The translations under genes and the position numbers were made by a program. Below the pieces are notes generated by a model. That model ran no database searches, had not been told where the DNA came from, and saw only the letters and a list, made by a program, of their open reading frames with translations. Of a stretch of 64,000 nt of DNA, positions 1-7,157 are shown piece by piece. Source of the stretch: Gammaproteobacteria bacterium UBA2675. Lineage in GTDB: Bacteria; Pseudomonadota; Gammaproteobacteria; Pseudomonadales; Pseudohongiellaceae. The stretch is from assembly GCA_002354805.1 (NCBI GenBank), contig DEMH01000015.1, forward strand, positions 116,021 to 180,020, written 5' to 3'. Within the stretch, counting starts at the first letter, position 1, and each line of letters starts with the position of its first letter.

Positions 1-1418
1 TAACGCCTTACACTGAAGCGCTGACGCGCAAACAGGGCGCCGTGAATGATCAGATCACCCGGTCCGGTGACTGAGGGATTGGCTATCTCGATGCTGCCGT
101 TGCTGGTCAGGCTGAGCAGGTGATTTGCGCCGGCGCTCTGGTCGGCATAAACCAGGTCATCAGTAATCGTGATACGGCGCGGAGAGTAGATGGCGACCTG
201 CCCATGTATGGTGCCGGATACATCAAACCGGCTGTCGTCGGTGCCGGCAATAATCAGCACATCATCAGTCAATGCCTGGTGGCCACCGAGCTGGGTGTCG
301 GGCTGATACCAGTTAAAACCATCTGCACCCAGGAAGGTAAGCTGTGTGTACTTATCATAGCTGATCACCTGGAGTCCGCTGCCTTGTCCTGGGAAAACTG
401 CTGGCACAATGGCATCAGGCATATCAATGCGGCCAATGCCGGTTTCCACTTCGTCCGTGAATATGTCGGATTCGCGCAGGCGGCGACCGATAGACTGATG
501 TGTGGCCAGTGTGACAGGGCCTGCGAAGAGTGGCCTGGCGCGCCAGTCGGTTTCAAGGTTGACCGGGCTGTTCGAGTGGAAACGACCAAAAATCTGGTCG
601 TTAGCCATGATCACATCATTGTCCCAGCGATTAATAAACTTGGCATACCAGGAGAATGGACGTTCAGTTATTGTAAGCTCCGTACTGGCGAGACCGTCGC
701 CAAGCTCGGTCTGAATGGTCACCCGGTAGCTGCTTAACGCCGTGGGACCAGATTCTGCTAACTGTGAAACGCTTATCTCATAACCTTCAGGCGGCTGAGT
801 AGTCAGCTGCTCCAGCACCTCTGTCAGAGATGCCTCGGTGGTAGATTGCAGTTGTTCGATCACCTCAGCCAGTTCCTGCTGTGTGGTCATGGAAACAGGC
901 TGAGTGATGGGCGGCGGCATGATTTCTGGCGGAGGATCTGTTGCTGGCTCCATGTCTGGCTGCTCAGCGCTTTGCGCTGGGGTCGGCGTGGCTGCTACCG
1001 GTATCGCAGCAGCCTGATCACTGGCAGCAGTGCTTGTTGGCATATTTTGCTGTTGCGGAGCTGTCACTCTGGCAGCTGCGGCCTCGGTGACAGGCCCGGC
1101 CGGGGTTTCCGGCCTTGAAGTTTCAACAACTGGTGAAGGCTCAATCGGCGGGAATTCCGCGGATGCTGGAGCAGGTGGTATGCTCGCAGCGGCAGCATCG
1201 CTTGCATTCTGGTTGCCAGCAACAGCGCTGATTGCTGAATAGCTGGCTCCCAGATCAATCGCGACACTGAGGCTTGATGCCGCAGCCTGCTCGCTCCTCA
1301 GGTCAATACCCGGCCATGCCGCTGCCAGCAGCAAGTGAATAATGGCAGAAGCGGGCACAGCTACCAGAATCAAAAAGCGGCTGGAAGCCGTCCCTGTGTG
1401 TGTGCGGCTGGCATACAC
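1..1418 (-). CDS. membrane-anchored protein of unknown function with Pro/Ala-rich linker; the 3' end runs off the window and the gene is absent from the supplied ORF track
   Basis: Manual minus-strand translation. GTG at 1418-1416 follows an in-frame TGA. The product starts VYASRTHTGTASSRFLILVAVPASAIIHLLLAAAW (one TM helix), continues with about 150 aa of Pro/Ala/Gln-rich spacer, then a globular part (ERPFSWYAKFINRWDNDV...GTIHGQVAIYSPRRITITDDLVYAD). The frame stays open to position 1. The listed + ORF 120..737 is its antisense shadow. Confidence 0.6.
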   Translation of the reverse strand, partial: MYASRTHTGTASSRFLILVAVPASAIIHLLLAAAWPGIDLRSEQAAASSLSVAIDLGASYSAISAVAGNQNASDAAAASIPPAPASAEFPPIEPSPVVETSRPETPAGPVTEAAAARVTAPQQQNMPTSTAASDQAAAIPVAATPTPAQSAEQPDMEPATDPPPEIMPPPITQPVSMTTQQELAEVIEQLQSTTEASLTEVLEQLTTQPPEGYEISVSQLAESGPTALSSYRVTIQTELGDGLASTELTITERPFSWYAKFINRWDNDVIMANDQIFGRFHSNSPVNLETDWRARPLFAGPVTLATHQSIGRRLRESDIFTDEVETGIGRIDMPDAIVPAVFPGQGSGLQVISYDKYTQLTFLGADGFNWYQPDTQLGGHQALTDDVLIIAGTDDSRFDVSGTIHGQVAIYSPRRITITDDLVYADQSAGANHLLSLTSNGSIEIANPSVTGPGDLIIHGALFARQRFSVRR

Positions 1419-1505
1419 GGAAGTCCGTCCTGATAATCTGGTGGATCAGAACAATCGTTTTTATTATAGGGTAATCCGGCAGCTTCGGTAAGCACTGATG
1501 CAAAT

Positions 1506-2117
1506 TCAGCCAATATTCCGGAAAAACAGGCGGGTGTACTTGCTGGCCTCGGTTTTCATGGCCATGGCGTCAGGGTCTGTCAGGTATTCATAGACCATCC
1601 CTGTCAGATAGGCCATCAGCGCAACACTTAAAACCTGAGGCTCAACGTCTGCAGCCAGATGGCCATGCTGTTTGGCACGCTGGAAGTAACGCGAGAACAG
1701 TTCGATGCCTTCGCGCCGATTCTTGTTCTGGTATTGGAGGATGCTCAGCATTTCGTCGGAATAGTCACACTTGAGAAAGAAAATCGTCAGTATTTTGAAA
1801 CGTCCGACATCGTTCTCGAGGTCTCTGAGTAGATCGGTACTCAGTCGTTCCAGTTGCAAGAGCGGGTGAGGGTGGTCGTTTTCCAGATCCTCAAGGATGG
1901 TGTCGGAAACAGATTGATGCAGCTGTTCGTGCAGAGCAGCAAAAACATCCAGCTTGTTTTTGAAGTGCCAGTAAATTGCGCCACGGGTGACCTGCGCTCT
2001 TATCGCGATATCGTTCAGTGTAGCCTTGGCGACACCTTTCTCGAAGAAAGTATCCACAGCGGCTTCCAGAATCCGCAGTCTGGTACGCTCAGCCTCTTCT
2101 TTGGTCCTGCGTGGCAT
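1506..2117 (-). CDS. TetR/AcrR family transcriptional regulator
   Basis: N-terminal TetR HTH signature RILEAAVDTFFEKGVAKATLNDIAIRAQVTRGAIYWHFKNK; 203 aa. Confidence 0.9.
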   Translation of the reverse strand: MPRRTKEEAERTRLRILEAAVDTFFEKGVAKATLNDIAIRAQVTRGAIYWHFKNKLDVFAALHEQLHQSVSDTILEDLENDHPHPLLQLERLSTDLLRDLENDVGRFKILTIFFLKCDYSDEMLSILQYQNKNRREGIELFSRYFQRAKQHGHLAADVEPQVLSVALMAYLTGMVYEYLTDPDAMAMKTEASKYTRLFFRNIG

Positions 2118-2147
2118 GTTGTATACCTGTACTTGGCACTGAACTGA

Positions 2148-2166
2148 AGGTTGCGCGCGGCAACCT
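2148..2166. promoter_or_regulatory. inverted repeat AGGTTGC-N5-GCAACCT in the TetR leader; candidate operator or 5'UTR hairpin
   Basis: 7-bp perfect arms read directly. It lies between a minus-strand TATAAT (2188-2183) and the TetR start codon at 2117. Confidence 0.3.
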
Positions 2167-2239
2167 GAATAACCGGAGACAGATTATACATGCAGTCATG
2201 AATGTATAGAAGGGTGGGTGCGGTGTCCCGGCAAATGGC

Positions 2240-2276
2240 AAAAAACGGGGTATCGGCCGTAGTAGGCCGATACCCC
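2240..2276 (-). terminator. orphan rho-independent terminator on the minus strand
   Basis: 12-bp GC-rich stem GGGGTATCGGCC / GGCCGATACCCC with a 6-nt loop. On the minus strand it is followed by G-TTTTTT. No minus-strand CDS lies upstream of it. Confidence 0.5.
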
Positions 2277-2426
2277 GACTGCATCACCGGATCCAGCAGG
2301 AAGCGAGGGGCTTTCTCCGGTGTCCGCCTTCCCTGACGACTAGCGTGTACATTCCCTGTACACATTCTGTTTATAGACCAGCTTTGCTGACTCTGCACAA
2401 AATTTACGAAATTTTGCACAGGCTCC

Positions 2427-2456
2427 CTTGAAATTCAAAAAGCTTGACCACAACTA
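2427..2456 (+). promoter_or_regulatory. sigma32-like heat-shock promoter for ibpA
   Basis: CTTGAAA (2427-2433), a 14-nt spacer, then CCACAACTA, compared with the consensus CTTGAAA-N13-15-CCCCATNTA (7 of 9 in the -10 element). Confidence 0.45.
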
Positions 2457-2532
2457 AGATATTAAGGTCAGGGCTCGTAGAGGCTGACCGGATGTCAGAT
2501 CTGAGGATGGGCATCATACAAACCAAACTTTA

Positions 2533-2554
2533 TATATTGCTTGATGAGGATATA
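2533..2554 (+). promoter_or_regulatory. ROSE-like RNA thermometer hairpin masking the ibpA Shine-Dalgarno
   Basis: UAUAUU-G-CUU (2533-2542) pairs with GAGGAUAUA (2546-2554) around a 3-nt loop, leaving one bulged G. A UUGCU segment therefore sits opposite the GAGGA SD, 4 nt before ATG 2558. Confidence 0.45.
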
Positions 2555-2557
2555 GCT

Positions 2558-3010
2558 ATGAGAACGATTGATTTTGCACCCCTGTACCGCTCAGCCATTG
2601 GTTTTGAGCATATCAGCCAGTTACTCGATTCTGTTGCACAGCGCGAACAGAGTCAGCCCAGTTATCCGCCCTACAATATTGAGCGGCTGGATAAAGATGA
2701 ATACCGGATCACCATGGCGGTGGCCGGATTCACCAACGAAGAATTGAACATCGAGTCTGAGCATCAGACTCTCAAGGTCAAAGGCAATAAGGCGGAAGAG
2801 TCCACCGAACGTCAGTACCTGCACCAGGGCATCGCAGCCCGTAACTTCGAAAGGGTCTTCCAGCTTGCCGACCACGTCCGTGTGATTAGTGCCAACCTGG
2901 AAAATGGCCTTCTGCACATTGAGCTGCGCCGTGAGATTCCAGAGGCGCTGAAACCGCGCCAGATCCCGATCTCTGCCAGCAATGACAAGTTGATCGAGGC
3001 AGACAAGTAA
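2558..3010 (+). CDS. ibpA: small heat-shock protein (Hsp20/alpha-crystallin, IbpA type)
   Basis: MRTIDFAPLYRSAIGFEHISQLLD...YPPYNIERLDKDEYRITMAVAGF...NGLLHIEL is IbpA/IbpB-like. I chose the internal ATG at 2558 with a GAGGA SD rather than the track start at 2444. Confidence 0.9.
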   Translation: MRTIDFAPLYRSAIGFEHISQLLDSVAQREQSQPSYPPYNIERLDKDEYRITMAVAGFTNEELNIESEHQTLKVKGNKAEESTERQYLHQGIAARNFERVFQLADHVRVISANLENGLLHIELRREIPEALKPRQIPISASNDKLIEADK

Positions 3011-3051
3011 CTCCGCACGGAAGGTTAAATGCTTTAATAGTCGCCATTATC

Positions 3052-3080
3052 AGGCAGCCCTTTGGGCTGCCTTTTTTTTG
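3052..3080 (+). terminator. rho-independent terminator after ibpA
   Basis: AGGCAGCCC-TTTG-GGCTGCCT stem followed by T8. Confidence 0.85.
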
Positions 3081-3125
3081 TCAGGCAAGTATACTCGGGG
3101 CTGATCTGACAATAAGGAAGCGTTT

Positions 3126-4130
3126 ATGCAAGCTGTAGGATATACCGGTACCAACGCCCTCGCGCTGATTGAATGTGAGAAACCTGAGCCAGGGCCGCAT
3201 GATGTGCTTGTGCGAGTCAAGGCTATTGCTGTCAACCCGGTAGATACCAAAATTCGCGGGCGGGTGACCCCGCCGGATGACCAGCCAAAGATACTCGGCT
3301 GGGATGCGGTCGGTGAGGTCGTGGGTGTGGGCAGTGCAGCGACCATGTTCAAACCTGGCGATAGAATCTGGTATGCCGGTGACGTCAGTCGCGCAGGTTG
3401 CAACGCCGAATTTCAGTGCGTGGACGAACGTATCTGCGCTCTGGCACCTAAGTCGCTGAGTGATGTCGAGGCTGCAGCCATGCCTCTAACTACGATTACT
3501 GCCTGGGAAATGCTGTTTGACCGCCTGCAGATCCCGGAAGGGGAAGCCGCGGCAGACCGGATTCTACTGGTCGTGGGTGCTGGCGGTGGTGTCGGCTCCA
3601 TGCTGATACAACTGGCTCGACAATTGACCTCTGCCACTGTTATCGGCACCGCCTCGCGTGCCCAGAGTCGCGAGTGGGTCAGTCAACTGGGCGCTCATCA
3701 CGTGCTTGATCACAGCAAACCACTGGCTGCGCAGCTGGAGGCAACCGGGCTCAGGGATGTAACTGATGTCGCCTCGATCAATCGCACTGACCAGCATTAC
3801 GCTGATCTTGTCACAATGCTGCGCCCGCAAGGACGTTTGACACTGATTGACGATCCTGCCGAGCCGCTTGATATCAAACTGATGAAGCAGAAAAGCCTGT
3901 CACTGCACTGGGAGTTCATGTTTACCAGACCGCTGTTCACAACAGCGGATATCAAGGCTCAGCATGTCCTGCTGTCGCGTGTCGCCGAGCTGGTTGATCA
4001 AGGTAAATTAAAAACCACGGTTGGAGAGAATTTTGGAGTCATGAGCCCCGAAAATCTGGAGCGGGCGCATCAGGCCATGAAAACTGAACACACCGTGGGT
4101 AAGGTCGTTCTGCAGGGGCTCGGAAGCTGA
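3126..4130 (+). CDS. zinc-binding alcohol dehydrogenase / quinone oxidoreductase family protein (MDR superfamily)
   Basis: HDVLVRVKAIAVNPVDTKIR, LLVVGAGGGVGSMLIQLAR (Rossmann fold), and a C-terminal GKVVL motif; AAGGA SD upstream. Confidence 0.85.
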   Translation: MQAVGYTGTNALALIECEKPEPGPHDVLVRVKAIAVNPVDTKIRGRVTPPDDQPKILGWDAVGEVVGVGSAATMFKPGDRIWYAGDVSRAGCNAEFQCVDERICALAPKSLSDVEAAAMPLTTITAWEMLFDRLQIPEGEAAADRILLVVGAGGGVGSMLIQLARQLTSATVIGTASRAQSREWVSQLGAHHVLDHSKPLAAQLEATGLRDVTDVASINRTDQHYADLVTMLRPQGRLTLIDDPAEPLDIKLMKQKSLSLHWEFMFTRPLFTTADIKAQHVLLSRVAELVDQGKLKTTVGENFGVMSPENLERAHQAMKTEHTVGKVVLQGLGS

Positions 4131-4201
4131 ACAGGGGCCTTTAATTATTCTGTCCATCACCACCAATATTGACTGTTGATTCATTTGCGTAGGGAGAATT
4201 C

Positions 4202-5158
4202 ATGTCACGCCTGCCCGCTGTACTGAGAGACCTGCCGCTTCCGGTAGTTGGTTCACCACTTTTTATTATCAGCAATCCAACCATGCTGATCGAGCAATGC
4301 AAAGCCGGGATCATCGGCTCCATGCCTGCCCTGAATGCCCGGCCTGCCGAACAGCTTGAAGACTGGCTGGCAGAAATTACAGAAACCCTGGACGATTACA
4401 ACCAGAAAAACCCCGACAATCCTGCGGCACCTTTTGCGATCAATCAGATCGTGCATCGCAGCAACGACCGGCTGGACCATGACATGGCGCTGTGCGAGAA
4501 GTACAAAGTGCCCATCATCATTACCAGCCTGGGCGCCCGTGAAGACGTCAATCAGGCAGTGCACGGCTGGGGCGGCATCACCCTGCATGATGTCATCAAT
4601 AATGTGTTTGCACGCAAGGCCATTGATAAGGGCGCCGACGGCCTGATTTGTGTGGCGGCGGGTGCAGGCGGGCACGCCAGCGTAAAAAGCCCGTTTGCGA
4701 TGATTCAGGAGGTGCGAGAGTGGTTTGATGGTCCTGTTTTGTTGTCAGGTTCGATTGCCACCGGCGGTGCCATTCTGGCGGCCCAGGCCATGGGTGCCGA
4801 CCTGGCTTATATCGGCTCGCCTTTTATTGCGACCCACGAAGCTCGCGCTGTTGATGACTACAAAAAGATGATTGTCGAAAGCAATTCAGATGACATCGTT
4901 TACAGCAATTTTTACACGGGTGTTCATGGCAACTACCTGAAAGGCAGTATTATCAACGCCGGTATGGATCCGGACAATCTGCCTGAATCGGATCCAAGTA
5001 AAATGAATTTTGGTGGTGGCGGTGAAAAACGGGCCTGGCGTGATATCTGGGGCTGTGGTCAGGGTATCGGGGTGGTGCGGGAAGTTGTATCAACCGCCGA
5101 GCTGGTAGCCCGCCTGAAGCGGGAATACCAAGAGGCCCGCTCCAGACTCTGCCAGTAA
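4202..5158 (+). CDS. nitronate monooxygenase / NAD(P)H-dependent flavin oxidoreductase family
   Basis: Pattern typical of NMO (2-nitropropane dioxygenase-like) proteins: PVVGSPLFIISNPTMLIEQCKAGIIGSMPA...ITSLG...GADGLICVAAGAGGH. Confidence 0.8.
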   Translation: MSRLPAVLRDLPLPVVGSPLFIISNPTMLIEQCKAGIIGSMPALNARPAEQLEDWLAEITETLDDYNQKNPDNPAAPFAINQIVHRSNDRLDHDMALCEKYKVPIIITSLGAREDVNQAVHGWGGITLHDVINNVFARKAIDKGADGLICVAAGAGGHASVKSPFAMIQEVREWFDGPVLLSGSIATGGAILAAQAMGADLAYIGSPFIATHEARAVDDYKKMIVESNSDDIVYSNFYTGVHGNYLKGSIINAGMDPDNLPESDPSKMNFGGGGEKRAWRDIWGCGQGIGVVREVVSTAELVARLKREYQEARSRLCQ

Positions 5159-5162
5159 AGGC

Positions 5163-5747
5163 CTAAAGAACGGCGACGATGATCCAGTCTGCAATCAGGG
5201 CTGGTTTGTCTTCGCCTTCGATTTCTATGGTTACAGCGTGGCGCAGCAGGTATTCGTTATGGCTGCGCTCCTGAACGCTAAGTAGTTTGAAACGCCCACG
5301 CAGGCGTGAACCAATCCGTACCGGATTAAGGAACCGCACACGATCAAGCCCGTAAATGATGCTTTGCTGCGTCCCTGCAATTTTCAGGCTGCCGTAGGTG
5401 GCAAAGGTTGGCATCAGCGCCATGACCAGCATGCCATGGGCGATGGTTCCGGCATAACAGGTCTCGCGCGCCGCACGCTGACGGTCGACATGAATAAACT
5501 GGAAGTCACCGGAAAACTCCGCAAACTGGTTAACCAGGCTCTGCGAAATAAGAAACCAGTTGGTCAAACCTACATCCTGGCCAATGTAGGCCTGTGCCTG
5601 CTCCGGTGTGACGCGAAGGGGAGGAGCTTCACCTATCAGCGTCAGTGATGTGGTTTTTACATAATTGCGGAGCTGCGAATCGGTGGTCATCTGGGCAGAG
5701 TCGTGCAGATAGTTGCGCAGGTCCTGAAGTGAATCTGTAAGAGACAT
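5163..5747 (-). CDS. MaoC-like (R)-specific enoyl-CoA hydratase / dehydratase
   Basis: Hot-dog MaoC signature FAEFSGDFQFIHVDRQRAARETCYAGTIAHGMLVMAL. Confidence 0.85.
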   Translation of the reverse strand: MSLTDSLQDLRNYLHDSAQMTTDSQLRNYVKTTSLTLIGEAPPLRVTPEQAQAYIGQDVGLTNWFLISQSLVNQFAEFSGDFQFIHVDRQRAARETCYAGTIAHGMLVMALMPTFATYGSLKIAGTQQSIIYGLDRVRFLNPVRIGSRLRGRFKLLSVQERSHNEYLLRHAVTIEIEGEDKPALIADWIIVAVL

Positions 5748-5824
5748 GGTTGTATATTCTCTAGTTCTTATTGTGCGTTAAACAAACAGCTCAAATGATG
5801 CAATCCGCTGGCTGGATTGACACT

Positions 5825-5855
5825 AAAAAGGGAATGCAGCCAATGCCGCATTCCC
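5825..5855 (-). terminator. rho-independent terminator after the RidA gene
   Basis: GGGAATGC...GCATTCCC stem. On the minus strand it is followed by TTTTT, 35 nt after the stop codon at 5890. Confidence 0.7.
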
Positions 5856-5889
5856 CCGATAGTATACGAGTTGTAGCTGATTGTAACTA

Positions 5890-6414
5890 TCAGCGGGTTT
5901 TTGCTGTAATTACCTCAACTTCAACAAACATCAGTGGTCCAACCAGGCGAGCCACTTCAACGGTGGAGCGGGCAGGCAGTCGTGGCTGCTCTTCAGTACC
6001 CCAGTACATGCGATAGGCTTCCATGAACCCATCGAAGTCCATTTCGCCGCCATTGGCCGGGTCACCCACAAGGAATACGGTCATCTTAACCACATCGCCC
6101 ATGCTCAGACCCAGGTTCTCCAGGTTGGCTTTGGTGCGCTCGAAAACACTGATTGCCTGTGTTTTTGTGTCGCCATAATATTCCGGTGTGCCGCGCTCGG
6201 CATTGGGGTTGGCGGCAGCCGGTGTGACACCACTATGGAAAATGATGGACGCGCCGGGACCCACTTCAACGGCATTGGCGATGGGGAAGGTGCCGGGGTT
6301 TGGATGGATGATGACATTTTCATCCTGAGCGTTTGTCTGGGTGCTCAACAGGGGCAAGCTGACGGCCAGTGACAGGCCCCAAAGTGAACGCTTGAATCGG
6401 TTGCTTACTGACAT
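5890..6414 (-). CDS. RidA/YjgF-family reactive-intermediate (enamine/imine) deaminase with an N-terminal Sec signal peptide
   Basis: Signal peptide MSVSNRFKRSLWGLSLAVSLPLLSTQTNAQ|DE. RidA core GDVVKMTVFLVGD...PARSTVEVARL...VEVEVI, including the Arg of the PAR motif. Confidence 0.85.
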   Translation of the reverse strand: MSVSNRFKRSLWGLSLAVSLPLLSTQTNAQDENVIIHPNPGTFPIANAVEVGPGASIIFHSGVTPAAANPNAERGTPEYYGDTKTQAISVFERTKANLENLGLSMGDVVKMTVFLVGDPANGGEMDFDGFMEAYRMYWGTEEQPRLPARSTVEVARLVGPLMFVEVEVITAKTR

Positions 6415-6453
6415 TGAAGTTCTCCTGGAAGAAGTCAGATATTACGGGCGTAT

Positions 6454-7089
6454 TCAGCGCCCCAAAGTATTGATGTAACTGGCGATCTCTTTCATGGCCT
6501 GCTCGTCGGGGATGGCGCGGGCCATCAGGGCCATTTGTGAGCCGTAGGTATCGCGCGAGTCGTAGCCGCGATGACCGTTTTTGAACAGCTCGAGCTGGTT
6601 CACGATATACCAGTCGTTCTGACCTGCCAGGGCAGGTGCGTTCATGGCCTCGTTACCTTCTGCGTCGGCACCGTGACAGGCCGCACAGGGTTGATAAAGT
6701 GTCTGTCCACGCTCGGCGTTACCATCGGTGATGGTAATTTCAGCGGGTTTGTATTCCCAGGTCGCAACCCAGTCCAGAATGTCTTCTATGCTTTCATCAG
6801 TCAGGATTTCAGCCATGGGCTGCATTTCCTGGCCGGGGATATCTTCAGGGTGTGTGCCACGCAGGCCATCCCTGAACAGTTCCAGCTGCCGCTTCAGATA
6901 CCAGCGCTCCATACCGGCCAGACGCGGTGCGTCAATGCCCTGGTTGCCCTGGCCATCGGTGCCGTGGCAGGTCAAACAGAACCGGTCACTGACTTCAACG
7001 CCATCAATGGTGGCTGCCTGTGCAGTCGTACACAGTGCGGCACCCAGCGCCAGACTAACCCAGAATCCTGCTTTTTTAGCTTTCATCAT
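6454..7089 (-). CDS. periplasmic diheme c-type cytochrome (c4-like)
   Basis: Signal peptide ending in AQA; two CxxCH motifs (CLTCH, CAACH), one in each of two repeated half-domains. Confidence 0.9.
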   Translation of the reverse strand: MMKAKKAGFWVSLALGAALCTTAQAATIDGVEVSDRFCLTCHGTDGQGNQGIDAPRLAGMERWYLKRQLELFRDGLRGTHPEDIPGQEMQPMAEILTDESIEDILDWVATWEYKPAEITITDGNAERGQTLYQPCAACHGADAEGNEAMNAPALAGQNDWYIVNQLELFKNGHRGYDSRDTYGSQMALMARAIPDEQAMKEIASYINTLGR

Positions 7090-7106
7090 GCAAATCCACT
7101 CTCGTT

Positions 7107-7137
7107 AAAAAAGGGGACGGAGCACGGCTCCGTCCCC
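7107..7137 (-). terminator. rho-independent terminator after the TonB-dependent receptor
   Basis: GGGGACGGAGC-ACG-GCTCCGTCCCC stem. On the minus strand it is followed by TTTTTT. Confidence 0.8.
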
Positions 7138-7157
7138 CCTTGTGGTCAGCTTAACGC

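Noticed and set aside
120-737. 205-aa plus-strand ORF and several other listed ORFs between 365 and 1267.
   Set aside because: They lie antisense to, or out of frame with, a much longer uninterrupted minus-strand frame (1..1418) that has a sensible TM/linker/domain architecture. They have no SD and a non-protein-like composition.
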